A stretch of DNA of 64,000 nt, from the IMG/VR virus record IMGVR_UViG_3300035698_004085, positions 32,001 through 96,000 of that record; one strand, written 5' to 3'. The notes under the pieces were generated by a model, which did no database searches, was not told the origin of the DNA, and saw only the letters and a list, made by a program, of their open reading frames with translations. How positions within the stretch are numbered: the first letter of the stretch is position 1; the number at the start of each line of letters is the position of its first letter. Made by a program: the position numbers and the translations under genes. This stretch comes from a virus. Below, in pieces: positions 11,159 through 21,426 of the stretch.

Positions 11159-11344
11159 ATGGATAACCTAACTAAAGAATGTACGACTTGTAAGGCGTCT
11201 AAGGATCTAGAGGCGTTTGGTAAGCATCCATTAGGGAAGTATGGACGTAAGTCGTCATGTAAAGAATGCGTCAGTTTGTATCAGAAGAACTTATATCAAA
11301 CTCGTAAACTAGAGTTGGAGATCCAAGAGGCTCCAAATGGATAA
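11159..11344 (+). CDS. Small zinc-finger protein (same repeat type as downstream HNH)
   Basis: KECTTCKASKDLEAF...SSCKEC; AGGAG RBS. Confidence 0.6.
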   Translation: MDNLTKECTTCKASKDLEAFGKHPLGKYGRKSSCKECVSLYQKNLYQTRKLELEIQEAPNG

Positions 11345-12683
11345 AGTTTTTGATAAAGATGGTTCTGAAGTTTTGACGAAGGTTTGTACTAAGTGTGGAG
11401 AAGAGAAACCATTGGTAGAGTTTCATAAGGATAAAGCTTGCAGGCATGGTTGTCATCCTGTGTGTAAGGCTTGTAAGAGAGTTTATCAGGAGTCTCGTAT
11501 TTATGATTATTCTAAAAATTCTGAACGGGATAGTTTAACATTGAAAGCTTGTACGTGTTGTGGCGAGTCTAGGTTATTAGCGGAGTTTAGCAAGGACAAA
11601 TACCGCAGGGATGGCAGGATTTCAAGGTGTAATGAGTGTGTTAATTCTTCTGAAAAGCTTATTTATGATTATGAAGCAAATTATGAGGGGGATATTTTAA
11701 GGACAAGAGGCTGTACGTTCTGCGGTGAACTTAAGCTACTAGGAGAATTTAACAAGAATAAATTCTCCACAAAGGATGGGAGATCTTCAATGTGTAGGAG
11801 GTGTGAGTCGTCCTGTAGGTTGAAAAAAGATGATTATGATTATGCCACAAATTATGAACAAGATCTTTTAAGGAGGGGAGAGTGTGCGTGCTGCGGAAAA
11901 TCTAAGTTACTAGGGGAGTTTTATAAGGATAAAGCGAGTAGGGGGAACGGCAGGTCTTCAAGGTGCAAAGCTTGTGAAGCTTTTATTACATATGATTATG
12001 AAGCAAATTATGAGAGGGATATTTTAAGGACAAGAGAGTGTACGCGCTGTGGTATCGAAAAACCAATATTTAATTTTTCTAGAAGTAAGCATTGCCTGGG
12101 AGATGGTAGACAGGCTGTGTGTAAGGAATGTTCTAAGATTAGGAGTGTCTTGAGGCGCTCGCTCCCAGGAGTTAGGAGATCAGAGTCCTCAAAAAAGAAG
12201 CTTTATAATGATCGTCCTGAAAACAGAATGCGAAGGCTTAGAGTACAGAAGGCATACAGTCAGACTCCTTCATCAAGAGAGTTGACGCGGTTACGCTCCA
12301 GAAAAAGGGGAAAGACACCTAGGGGCAGGCTAGCTTCGAGTATGAAGAATGGACTCAGGTCTTCGTTAGGCTGTCAAAAGGCAGGTAGACACTGGGAAGG
12401 TCTTGTTGGTTGGACAATTGATGAGGCTTTATCTCATTGGGAGAGTGAAGGCCTATTACTTCCTCATCCTGTAACTGGTGAGGAAATGGTCTTAGGCAAG
12501 TCTGCAATAGACATACATCATATTGTTCCACAGCAGACTTTTAAATATGAGACGGCTGAAGATCCTGAGTTTAAACAATGCTGGGCAATGACTAATTTAC
12601 AACCTATTTGGCGTGATGATCATAAGAAGATTAATCATCATGATATAATTAATCTAATAAAAGTGTGTAAAGATAATCTATAG
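11337..12683 (+). mobile_element. Free-standing HNH homing endonuclease with five tandem CxxC...CxxC zinc-finger repeats
   Basis: Five CxxCGxxKxLxEFxK...CxxC units. C-terminal WEGLVGWT...DIHHIVP...DPEFKQCWAMTNLQPIW HNH core. Inserted in the tail operon. Confidence 0.8.
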
Positions 12684-12707
12684 TTATCAATAAGGAGCTA
12701 GAATACA

Positions 12708-15700
12708 ATGAAGAGAAGCTTATACCCTGACGGTTGTTTAATTGATAGAAGTGCCTTAGCAAATACTGAATCTACAAAAATTGATGAAATATTAAGAACT
12801 CGGGTTGATAACACATCTGGAGGTGTCTATTCTGGAGGTGCTGTTACAATCAACGCTCTGACAGATACCCTTGTAGACGTGGCGGCATTTGAAGGATTTA
12901 CTAGTAACGGAGAGTTCATATCTGATACCGTGGCTACTGCGAGCATACCTTTAGCTGATTATACTGCGGGGGTTATAAATGTTGTTGGAGCTATAGCTGC
13001 CGAGACTAATACTCATTCTCAACCGCATGAGTCCAATGGGCAGGTCTTTAGCACAAGAGCTTCAATGAGCTACCGGATTGTGGTTTATACTTTGGCAGAT
13101 TATGAAAACCCTTACGTATTGCCTGTGACAGATGCAACCTTAACAAATGACGCAAAGGACCGTTTTTTGGTTTTTGGATATGTTCAAGCTGAAGGAGTTG
13201 GTGCTACTTTAACAACTATTACAGATCCAACTACCTTTAACAACATATTGTATGCCTCTCCCACGTCTCAGGCTACTCTAACGGGCGTCTCGGTCATAGG
13301 AGTCAGCTCAGACACGCCGACAGGTCTTGGGCAGATTGACTATACGTATACTGCTCCTGCGACTTATGCAGTAACCTGGACTTCCCTAACAGGCGGAGTA
13401 GGTGCTTCTGTGGCTCTCACAGCGGACGGGACTTATACTGTGTTTTCGGGGACAGGGATTGACTATATAACTATTAGCGTAGTTTATTCAATGTTGCCTT
13501 TGACAGCTGCTGTGGCGTTCCCTACAACGGTTATTAACGCGTATGAGCAGGAAATTCCAAGGTTGACTGCGGAAGATAATTTGCACCGTAACTTTATTGG
13601 TACTGGTGTTGTTTCTCCGACAAATATTCATGGGCTTACGGCGGATGATCTCGGAGCACAAAGTCTTGCATTGTTGGATGAGCACCAAGACGTTATGCAC
13701 ACAAATGGGATCTGGAAAGGGTCTGCCCCAACGTGCTTAGGAACTACGGTAGTGAATTTGCCGGGTGATGACCAAATTAATGTAACTGCTCCAGCTGGAT
13801 CAGACCTATATTATATCAATGGTACTAAGCTAAATACAATAGATGCTACTTCTATTCTGTTTAATTTCCCAGCATTAACAACTCAGCTGTATGAAATCAG
13901 TGTGTCAGATGCTGGCAGTCTAGTATATAATGAGAAGCTTACCTATCCATTGGTTCGGAATGTTACTGGTACCTGGATTACGGATATGTCTACCTCATAC
14001 CCCGCAGGCAGCTATGATTTAGTTTGTGTAGCTTATACATCAGCTCCTAATTACTATGAACTATCATGGAACGCAGGACCTATTGTTACTGTTGAGTTTG
14101 GTGAAGCAGATCAAGCTGTAAGGCTTTATGACACAGATGGAATTAAGTGGGTTGACCTCTGGGTGAGAACGGCAACTTCTGGTGCAAATCCTGATTCATC
14201 TTTACCAACTACAGGTGGTGGTGGAACTACCTATACAGATTCTATAACTGTTTCAGCATCGTATGACTGGACAGAGAATATGCACATCTCTTCGGTGATA
14301 TGCTGGTGGGATGCAGTGTCTGCCACTAGAGTGTTAGGATATTCTTCATATTCTGCTTCAAGATTTGCGATGGATCATAGACCTTGGGGTACTATTGCTA
14401 AATCTAACATGAGTGATGCTGCTCTTCAAGATTTGATTTATCATCCTAATAGTGAGCTTCATTATTCTGGAGTTCTTTTAAATAGGGATATTCAGAATAC
14501 TGCTACTTCTATTGAGAATTTTGAGTTTGTCGGGTCTACTCTTCTTGCTGTTGATATAAGAGGAGGTCACTGTTATTGTAGAGGGCAAAGGCTATCAGTA
14601 GCTGAGGATGATACGCTAGCCCTGACTGATAATGTTGAGAATATTGTGTATGTGAGTGATACTGGCGTTATCATGTCATTGGCGGTTTCTGGGTTTGGAA
14701 GTACTGCTGAGGCGATTCGCTATCTGATTGGCGATGGTACTTATCGTCCAAATGTGAGCGCTGAGGTTCATTATACGGATGATAGAGATAATCCTGAGAG
14801 AGGCGTTCCTCTGTGGTCTATTACTACTGCTGCGGGAGTCGTATCGTCTTCTAAAAGCATTATGAGAAATGTAAATAACGTTACTGATATGTGGTCGGTT
14901 GGAGAGAGTGCTGGTGCTTTCTCAACCTTGGAGGCTGCATTCTTTATGGCGTCTATTTTCACAGATGAAGATATTGAAGTAACAGTAATTGGAGATACTA
15001 CGGTTTCTACTGTTATTACTCAACCCGCTAATGTTTCAGTGAAGGGCGTTGGTACGACTGCTGGCGTAACTATTGGATCTGCATTGAGCGTGAACGGTGC
15101 TTGGCTGTTGTCAGACGGTTGTGTAGTTGACGGAGCTAATATTGTTAATGCTTTTGACGGAAGTGCTGCGATTGGTCTAGCTGATAATACAACGGTTAAA
15201 AACTGTACTTATACGGGACAAGCGGTTGCTGGTTATGACTATTTCTTAGCAGGAAAGGGGGCTGTTCTAATAAGTAACGCTTCTGTCTTAAATAATACCG
15301 TATCTACGACGGGTGGTTTGTTTGCTCAGGCAACTATGGCTTCTGCTATAAACGTAAACATAAATATTATAGACAATCAAGTGTCAATGTCTGCGGACAA
15401 CACAAACAGTGATACGGCATTGTGTTATATTAGTGCTATCGATTCTCGGATTAAAGGTAATACGCTTACAACCGACAATGGTAATGCTCACTTTGTTGAT
15501 GTTCTAAATATCTCAAACACGGTTAGTTCGAGCGTTACTGATAATATTATTCGTATGGGTCAAGGTGATGCTTCTGCTGATGAGATAGGCATTAGGCTTT
15601 CAGGGCTTTTAAATGTAACTGTAGGAATTAGTGGCAATGTTATAGGTAGAGAGTCAAGTAGTACTTCCACTATTGGGGTTGGCATCTGTATTTCAAGTAT

Positions 15701-17255
15701 TGTGTCAGGGGTTTCTATTAGTAATAACAGGGTTAGCTTGGTTGGTAGGGCGATTGGAGCTGAGGATAGCGCTTTTCAGGCTCAAAATTTAGCTATTGAT
15801 GGGAACATCATAGACTCTTGTTATACTAGCGGAATTGTAGTAGATTTAGGTTCTCTAGACTGTGATAACGTTTCTATTTGTAATAACGTTATCCGAGATA
15901 TTACGAGAGCTGCTGTTGTTCTTTCGCATGACAGTATTGTGGGTATAGAGTTTACTGTTGATGGTGCGGCTACTGTTTTAGGAGTTAACATAAGCGGTAA
16001 TACGATTTCAGAGATGTCTACGGATATTGGGGCGGTTCAGGGGGTTAATATTAGCTTAGGTCTTGCTTCTACGGTTGAAGGATTTTCTGTTTCTAATAAC
16101 GTAATTTCTAATCTTTTATCTGCTGCTCAAAATGTGTATGGAATTGATTTTGGAGGTACTACAGGGACTTGGGATAGTTTTACTATTTCAGGTAACACGA
16201 TTAGCGTTTTATCAGCGGCTGCGGCTAATGCGATTTATGGTATTTATCTTGGAGGTTCGTCTACTGATGTTACGAATGCTTCTATTAATTCTAACAATAT
16301 TAATTTTGCTACTTCGGTTCTTTCTGCTAGTGCTGGAACTGCTTGCGGGATAAGGTGTCTTTGGGAGCTTGAGGCTTCTTCGCTTAATTCTAATACTATA
16401 TTAATATCTCATTCTAACGATACGGATCAAGGTGATGGTATTTTGCTTGAAGATCAGTTAGACGCAACCTCTATAAACGATAATGATATTAAAGTTCCTC
16501 GCGCTGCGTTACTTTTGGATGCTATTTTAAGGGGGTCTGTCTCGTCTAATACTCTTATGTCTCACGGTGGCGGAATTATGGTAGGGGCTACCGCTAACGG
16601 CGTTAATGTTCAAAATAATGTAATTATTATTACTCCGTCTAACTCATTAGGAAGTTACGGTAGCTATGGTATTGTTAACTTAGGAAATGATGTAGTTATT
16701 TCTGGGAATCAGATTAAAATGTTTGGTGATTCTACTGGTGCCGTGCCAAATGGCTCTTGTCTTATTTGTTCTGACGAAGGGGTAGGCGTATCAATTATTG
16801 GTAATAAGTTGTATACTTCTGCTCATATAACTTCAGTTTCTGGAGCTGGTCTTGCTTATCATATTCTTTTTAATATTGGAAATGTTACTACAACTCAGCA
16901 GCACGCTATCTCTGATAATAATTTAGTGTGTAACGATGCTAGCTTATTTAATGGTATTTATATTTATCATCCTAATGCGGGTACTGCTTTAGCTACCGCT
17001 ACTGTTAGTTTTTCAGCTAATAGTGTTGTTAGCGCTTTATCAGCTGCTGCTTGGCCAACGACGGCTGTTGATGTACCTCATCAGATCTTTTTTACTACGT
17101 CTGCTTTGTATAGGATAATAGCTAGTGCCAATATTATAAATGCCAGTGGCGGTTCTCTTACCTTTCCAAAGGGGTTTGTAGGTCCTTCTCCCCTGCATAC
17201 AGTATCCAGTAATGTTGCTACGGCTGACGGCGTTGGTGCACCTACTTGGTGGTAA
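12708..17255 (+). CDS. Tail fibre / tailspike with right-handed beta-helix (pectin-lyase-like)
   Basis: 1515 aa; C-terminal half has many ISGNTI/ISNN parallel beta-helix repeats; last gene of the tail block. Confidence 0.8.
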   Translation: MKRSLYPDGCLIDRSALANTESTKIDEILRTRVDNTSGGVYSGGAVTINALTDTLVDVAAFEGFTSNGEFISDTVATASIPLADYTAGVINVVGAIAAETNTHSQPHESNGQVFSTRASMSYRIVVYTLADYENPYVLPVTDATLTNDAKDRFLVFGYVQAEGVGATLTTITDPTTFNNILYASPTSQATLTGVSVIGVSSDTPTGLGQIDYTYTAPATYAVTWTSLTGGVGASVALTADGTYTVFSGTGIDYITISVVYSMLPLTAAVAFPTTVINAYEQEIPRLTAEDNLHRNFIGTGVVSPTNIHGLTADDLGAQSLALLDEHQDVMHTNGIWKGSAPTCLGTTVVNLPGDDQINVTAPAGSDLYYINGTKLNTIDATSILFNFPALTTQLYEISVSDAGSLVYNEKLTYPLVRNVTGTWITDMSTSYPAGSYDLVCVAYTSAPNYYELSWNAGPIVTVEFGEADQAVRLYDTDGIKWVDLWVRTATSGANPDSSLPTTGGGGTTYTDSITVSASYDWTENMHISSVICWWDAVSATRVLGYSSYSASRFAMDHRPWGTIAKSNMSDAALQDLIYHPNSELHYSGVLLNRDIQNTATSIENFEFVGSTLLAVDIRGGHCYCRGQRLSVAEDDTLALTDNVENIVYVSDTGVIMSLAVSGFGSTAEAIRYLIGDGTYRPNVSAEVHYTDDRDNPERGVPLWSITTAAGVVSSSKSIMRNVNNVTDMWSVGESAGAFSTLEAAFFMASIFTDEDIEVTVIGDTTVSTVITQPANVSVKGVGTTAGVTIGSALSVNGAWLLSDGCVVDGANIVNAFDGSAAIGLADNTTVKNCTYTGQAVAGYDYFLAGKGAVLISNASVLNNTVSTTGGLFAQATMASAINVNINIIDNQVSMSADNTNSDTALCYISAIDSRIKGNTLTTDNGNAHFVDVLNISNTVSSSVTDNIIRMGQGDASADEIGIRLSGLLNVTVGISGNVIGRESSSTSTIGVGICISSIVSGVSISNNRVSLVGRAIGAEDSAFQAQNLAIDGNIIDSCYTSGIVVDLGSLDCDNVSICNNVIRDITRAAVVLSHDSIVGIEFTVDGAATVLGVNISGNTISEMSTDIGAVQGVNISLGLASTVEGFSVSNNVISNLLSAAQNVYGIDFGGTTGTWDSFTISGNTISVLSAAAANAIYGIYLGGSSTDVTNASINSNNINFATSVLSASAGTACGIRCLWELEASSLNSNTILISHSNDTDQGDGILLEDQLDATSINDNDIKVPRAALLLDAILRGSVSSNTLMSHGGGIMVGATANGVNVQNNVIIITPSNSLGSYGSYGIVNLGNDVVISGNQIKMFGDSTGAVPNGSCLICSDEGVGVSIIGNKLYTSAHITSVSGAGLAYHILFNIGNVTTTQQHAISDNNLVCNDASLFNGIYIYHPNAGTALATATVSFSANSVVSALSAAAWPTTAVDVPHQIFFTTSALYRIIASANIINASGGSLTFPKGFVGPSPLHTVSSNVATADGVGAPTWW

Positions 17256-17268
17256 TCTTAGTTTTTTC

Positions 17269-17297
17269 TTGACTTCTCTTATTTTTGGTGTTATGCT
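17269..17297 (+). promoter_or_regulatory. Sigma70-type promoter (TTGACT-17-TATGCT, extended -10 TG)
   Basis: Read directly in the intergenic gap; GAGGAGG RBS downstream. Confidence 0.75.
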
Positions 17298-17337
17298 GTT
17301 ATTGTGAGGTTAAGAAAAACAATATGAGGAGGCTGCT

Positions 17338-18102
17338 ATGAGGTTTTTATTTGTAATTATTATAGTGTTGAGTTTGTTAGGCTGTCAGGCTTACGAGTCT
17401 CCGTCTTACTTTGATGAGGAAGATGCGGGGGCTGATACCGACACTGATACCGACACTGATACCGACACTGATACCGACACTGATACGGACACTGATGCCG
17501 ACACTGATGCCGACACTGATACGGACACTGATGCCGACACTGATACGGACACTGATACGGACACGGACACTGATACGGACACTGATACGGACACTGATAC
17601 GGACACTGATACGGACACTGATACCGTGCTGGGGTGTGACGACATTACTTGTTATTTATCTGAAGAAGATCCAGACGATATTGCTTTTTTTAAGATTGAA
17701 TGGCTGGATACGCATGATCCTTCATTTACTATTAGGCTGGAGAGGGGCGTATGTTCTCTTTCTGTTTATGGTGTCCCTGAGTGTGCTTATGCTACGGTAG
17801 AGATTGGGTGTGGAGAAGATCACTGGGCTTCTTATTGGACGTTTGATCATGGAGAGATGACAGACTACACTAAGGAAGAGCCGGGAGCGTGCTTGAGTAA
17901 AGATATTGAGCCTGTCGTAGGGTGTCACTCTACTCCAGAATTTCATATTCTTAATTGCATAGATGACGAAACCTTGGTAGAAATCTATTTTGTAGATCCA
18001 GGTCAGTGGGATACATTTGCTTGTGAGTATACCTATGCAGAAGACTATCACACCTGTCCAACTTCTTGTGTGTCTGACGGAGATTCTTCTTACTGCGTGT
18101 AA
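17338..18102 (+). CDS. Lipoprotein with long Asp-Thr repeat and Cys-rich C-terminal domain
   Basis: Signal peptide with lipobox LLGC; 32 D(T/A) dipeptides; about ten Cys downstream. Confidence 0.8.
   Translation: MRFLFVIIIVLSLLGCQAYESPSYFDEEDAGADTDTDTDTDTDTDTDTDTDTDADTDADTDTDTDADTDTDTDTDTDTDTDTDTDTDTDTDTDTDTVLGCDDITCYLSEEDPDDIAFFKIEWLDTHDPSFTIRLERGVCSLSVYGVPECAYATVEIGCGEDHWASYWTFDHGEMTDYTKEEPGACLSKDIEPVVGCHSTPEFHILNCIDDETLVEIYFVDPGQWDTFACEYTYAEDYHTCPTSCVSDGDSSYCV
17434..17625 (+). repeat. 6-bp coding tandem repeat (GAY-ACN / GAT-GCC) x32
   Basis: gataccgacact / gatacggacact units over 192 nt. Confidence 0.95.
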
Positions 18103-18110
18103 GAATCTCC

Positions 18111-18139
18111 TTGACATTCTTTAAAAAATGTAGTAGAGT
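18111..18139 (+). promoter_or_regulatory. Sigma70-type promoter (TTGACA-17-TAGAGT)
   Basis: Consensus -35 and 17-nt spacer, followed by AGGAGG RBS of the 18178 ORF. Confidence 0.7.
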
Positions 18140-18177
18140 GACTTAACAAATTTTAAAACCTTTTAAAGGAGGGCTTT

Positions 18178-19254
18178 ATGGCTAAAAAACAGAATGAATT
18201 GAGTGCTAACGAACTAGAAACTTTGGCGTGCGACTTATGCGGGTGGACAAATCCTAAGAATCCCAATGCTAGGGGTCTTAAGCGACACAAGACTACTAAC
18301 GATTGTTGGCCAAGTGATAGCGAGGAGCCTACGGAGGAGGTTACTGAGGAAACAGTTGAGGTGCCTGCTGAAGTGGCTCCAGAGTTCAAGGAAGCGCCTT
18401 CAGAAGTTCCTATTACTGCTATCCCCCCGGTTGTTGCTCCTCCTGTTGAAGAGCCTCCTATGCTGCCTTCAGTGATTCCTAGAGATTTGGGCATTAAAGA
18501 AATCACAGTAGGATCTATTGTTCATTTGACTGGTGAATATTGCAAGTTGGCTGCAGAAGGCACTGGCGCGGTAGAGATGGATGCTGAGGGAAACCCAACT
18601 ATCCTAAATCTTGTGGATATTCCTTGTGTAACTCGCAGCAATTTTGTTGATCCGGTTGGTCGTAGGTTTCTAACGGCTGATGCGCTTGATAGCTCTATTT
18701 CAGTAGTTTTCCTGGAAGAGATCATTTTGGACAGTAAAGATATGCTTAAGAAGCTGTATAAACCTGTTCCTGTGGCTCCTGTTGTAGAAGCTCCTGTTGT
18801 CAAGGCGGGTCCAACACCTGAAGAAATTGCTGCTAAACAAGAATTCTTTAAGGCTGTCTCAACTTATTTCGTCTCTAACGAAGCTAAGAAGGCGGCAGAG
18901 AAGTCTCATTCTAAAACAGATGCTGAGATGCGTGAGACAATTCTTGACTATCTTCAAGCACATGGCGCTGAGACTTCTGAGGGATCTGGTGACTCTTTAT
19001 TCAAGGAAGAAGGATACGAAGTGTTGTACTCCTATACTGAGGGACAACCTTTTGTAAACAGAGATGAAGAGAAGATCATTGAATATCTTAAGAGTAACTT
19101 CCCCTTCTGTCTCAAGCCTGTTATAGACTTTGACATGTGGGAGCAGCTTAAGAGTTCTGATTTGATTCCTGCTGAGTTTATCCGCGAAGTAGAGATTCCT
19201 GACCAGCGTAAGCCTGACCGTAGACTTTACGTAAAGTTTGATTCTTCTAAATAA
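18178..19254 (+). CDS. Hypothetical protein with N-terminal C2HC-type zinc finger and Pro-rich linkers
   Basis: CDLCG...GLKRH....C; strong RBS. Confidence 0.6.
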   Translation: MAKKQNELSANELETLACDLCGWTNPKNPNARGLKRHKTTNDCWPSDSEEPTEEVTEETVEVPAEVAPEFKEAPSEVPITAIPPVVAPPVEEPPMLPSVIPRDLGIKEITVGSIVHLTGEYCKLAAEGTGAVEMDAEGNPTILNLVDIPCVTRSNFVDPVGRRFLTADALDSSISVVFLEEIILDSKDMLKKLYKPVPVAPVVEAPVVKAGPTPEEIAAKQEFFKAVSTYFVSNEAKKAAEKSHSKTDAEMRETILDYLQAHGAETSEGSGDSLFKEEGYEVLYSYTEGQPFVNRDEEKIIEYLKSNFPFCLKPVIDFDMWEQLKSSDLIPAEFIREVEIPDQRKPDRRLYVKFDSSK

Positions 19255-19278
19255 TTATTATTTCGTATATTAGGTAAT

Positions 19279-20736
19279 ATGTTGGATAAATCAATAGTTT
19301 TAGTCGATGGAGCTAACCTTGTGTACAGATCTGCTTTTGGAGGCGGTGAAACGTATGTGTGTCAGGGAACTGTCAGGTATTTATTCGAGATTTTAGACAG
19401 GTTTCCAGGCTCAGACGTTTTATTGTTTTTTGATGAGGGGAAAAGTAGAGTAAGGTATGCTGCTTATCCAGAGTATAAGGCTAATAGAGCTAAGCAAAAG
19501 GCTGAGTTAAACTGGGAAGAGATCAAACTTCAGGTTTTAAACGCTAGAAGGTATTTGTCTTATTTAGGAGTTAGGGATATTTCTTGTGTTGGGGTAGAAG
19601 CCGACGATTTAATTTCATGGTTTGCTGAATATTTCTCTTATAGTTATGACCGGGTTATTATTGCTAGCAGGGATAGAGACTTATGGCAGTTGATAAACGC
19701 TAAGGTTCACAGTTATGATCCATTTTCAGATTTGTTGGTAACGCCTGCTAATATTGTTTCAGAGTTTGGAGTAAGCCCAGATAAGATAACTGAGTTAAAA
19801 GCTCTTATGGGTGATTCTAGCGATAATTTAAAGGGAGTTCCTGGAGTTGGTTCAAAAACGGCTATTAAGCTTCTTGACCAATTTGGCGGAATTCCAGAAA
19901 TTTTAGATCCTAAAAATACTAAAGAATTGAGGAAGTCTAAGGTTTCCTCAAAGGTTTTGGATAATGTAGAAGAGCTTGAGATGTGTTATCAGCTAACTAA
20001 GTTGCCAACACTTTTCGAAGCACATTCTTATATTAACGAAGAAGAGTTCGAAAATATTAGGCAACATATTTTAAAAGTTGTAGAACCGAACGCTCTTTAT
20101 GCTCAGGTTGAAACGGAGGCACTGGGCATAACAACTCGAACGAGGTACCTTAACTCTCTTTCTGATGAGGTTAAGGGCTTACTACCTTTTTTGGAGAATC
20201 AGCCAGTACAAGACGTGTCTGGGCTTTCTCAGATAGATTCTGCCATAATGTCTTGTAATAGGTGTCCGTTAAGGAGTTTAGGACAGCCTGTTTTGCCTGA
20301 TGGCTATTCTGATGCTCAGATAATGGTTATTGGTAATAATGCTGTTGATGCTTCTTTGTTTACTAAGTTTTTTGAAGAGGTTGGTTTAACTTCTAGGGAT
20401 TGTTGGATAACGAATGCTTGTAAGTGTTCTTTTTCAGGCGGTATTCCAGTGTCTTATAGTGAGGTTCAAGCGTGTTCTCCTTATGTTGAGGCTGAGATTA
20501 AGATTTTAAAGCCAAGATTGATAATTGCTTTTGGAAATGAGGCTATGAGTCTTGTTACTCCTTATAAATCAGGGGTAGTAAGTCATTGTGGGGAAATTTT
20601 GAGGAATGAGTATCTTAATTGTTGGGTGGCTGTTATAACTCACCCTAACCACGCTAAGCGTGGGCAGAAGAATTTAACAGAATTTGAGTATGGCACTCAA
20701 AAGGTTAAAGAGTTTTTAGAAAAACGGAGGAATTAA
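19279..20736 (+). CDS. 5'-3' exonuclease (FEN/Pol I N-terminal type) fused to UDG family-4-like domain
   Basis: VDGANL, YPEYKANR, EADD, SRDRD, GDSSDNLKGVPGVGSKTA. C-terminal CNRCPLR...ITNACKC...EVQAC...KPRLIIAFG...THP. Confidence 0.85.
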   Translation: MLDKSIVLVDGANLVYRSAFGGGETYVCQGTVRYLFEILDRFPGSDVLLFFDEGKSRVRYAAYPEYKANRAKQKAELNWEEIKLQVLNARRYLSYLGVRDISCVGVEADDLISWFAEYFSYSYDRVIIASRDRDLWQLINAKVHSYDPFSDLLVTPANIVSEFGVSPDKITELKALMGDSSDNLKGVPGVGSKTAIKLLDQFGGIPEILDPKNTKELRKSKVSSKVLDNVEELEMCYQLTKLPTLFEAHSYINEEEFENIRQHILKVVEPNALYAQVETEALGITTRTRYLNSLSDEVKGLLPFLENQPVQDVSGLSQIDSAIMSCNRCPLRSLGQPVLPDGYSDAQIMVIGNNAVDASLFTKFFEEVGLTSRDCWITNACKCSFSGGIPVSYSEVQACSPYVEAEIKILKPRLIIAFGNEAMSLVTPYKSGVVSHCGEILRNEYLNCWVAVITHPNHAKRGQKNLTEFEYGTQKVKEFLEKRRN

Positions 20737-20737
20737 A

Positions 20738-20992
20738 ATGAGTTCATCAAGTAGCAGTAGTTCGTCGAGTAGCAGTAGTGCAAGTAGTGGAGGTATTGGT
20801 CTTTTAGGGGCTACTTTTATTGCGTTTTTAGTTTTGAAGCTGTGTGGAGTTATTTCGTGGTCTTGGTGGTGGGTTACGGCTCCTTTGTGGGGAGGCGTTG
20901 CTCTAGTCTTGGGCATTATACTTGTTGTCTTTGTTTTTGTGGGTTTGTTCAAGCTTATTACTAGCGCATCAAGGGGCGATAATAGGTATTAG
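20738..20992 (+). CDS. Small membrane protein (WSWWWVTAPLW family) with poly-Ser N-terminus
   Basis: Two TM helices; LKLCGVISWSWWWVTAPLW motif. Confidence 0.7.
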   Translation: MSSSSSSSSSSSSSASSGGIGLLGATFIAFLVLKLCGVISWSWWWVTAPLWGGVALVLGIILVVFVFVGLFKLITSASRGDNRY

Positions 20993-21024
20993 CTTTTAAT
21001 ATTAGTTAGCTAACGGAGTAACAA

Positions 21025-21228
21025 ATGACTAAATTGATACAATGGACAAGTGTAGATGATGAGATGCCTGATGATTGGGAGGAGGTTCTTGTGTGGGTGA
21101 TTTCTGAAAGTGGAGGTACTAGCTATACTGAGTCATGGATGGACGCTAATGATGGTAGGTGGGCTATGGGATCTGCAAAGAACTTTACCGTAACTCACTG
21201 GGTTAGAGTTGAAGATCCGAATCAGTAA
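21025..21228 (+). CDS. DUF551-like protein
   Basis: WTSVDDEMP...VLVW...VTHW pattern. Confidence 0.7.
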   Translation: MTKLIQWTSVDDEMPDDWEEVLVWVISESGGTSYTESWMDANDGRWAMGSAKNFTVTHWVRVEDPNQ

Positions 21229-21240
21229 GAGGAGACTGTT

Positions 21241-21420
21241 ATGGAAACTGTGATGGAAACTGAGAGACTGGCAGATATAATAGCTCAAGCTGATGAACGA
21301 CCACAGAAAGGTGCTTGGGCACCCGGTAACTATCTGAATGAGTGTGACCAATGCGGTTTTACCTTTGTTGGTGATAAAAGATCTTATACCTGTGCAGATT
21401 GTGCTTATAAAAGTGAATAG
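21241..21420 (+). CDS. 59-aa zinc-ribbon protein (not in supplied ORF track)
   Basis: GAGGAG RBS; METVMETERL...WAPGNYLNECDQC...GDKRSYTCADCAYKSE*; fills the intergenic gap. Confidence 0.7.
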   Translation: METVMETERLADIIAQADERPQKGAWAPGNYLNECDQCGFTFVGDKRSYTCADCAYKSE

Positions 21421-21426
21421 GACAAA

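Noticed and set aside
17406-17800. Alternative-frame ORFs (SV)n and (TLI[PR])n
   Set aside because: Shadows of the 6-bp DT repeat; only the DT frame has an RBS and lipobox.
20738-20992. Holin call for the two-TM protein
   Set aside because: It lies 16 kb from the endolysin and has no holin-specific evidence.
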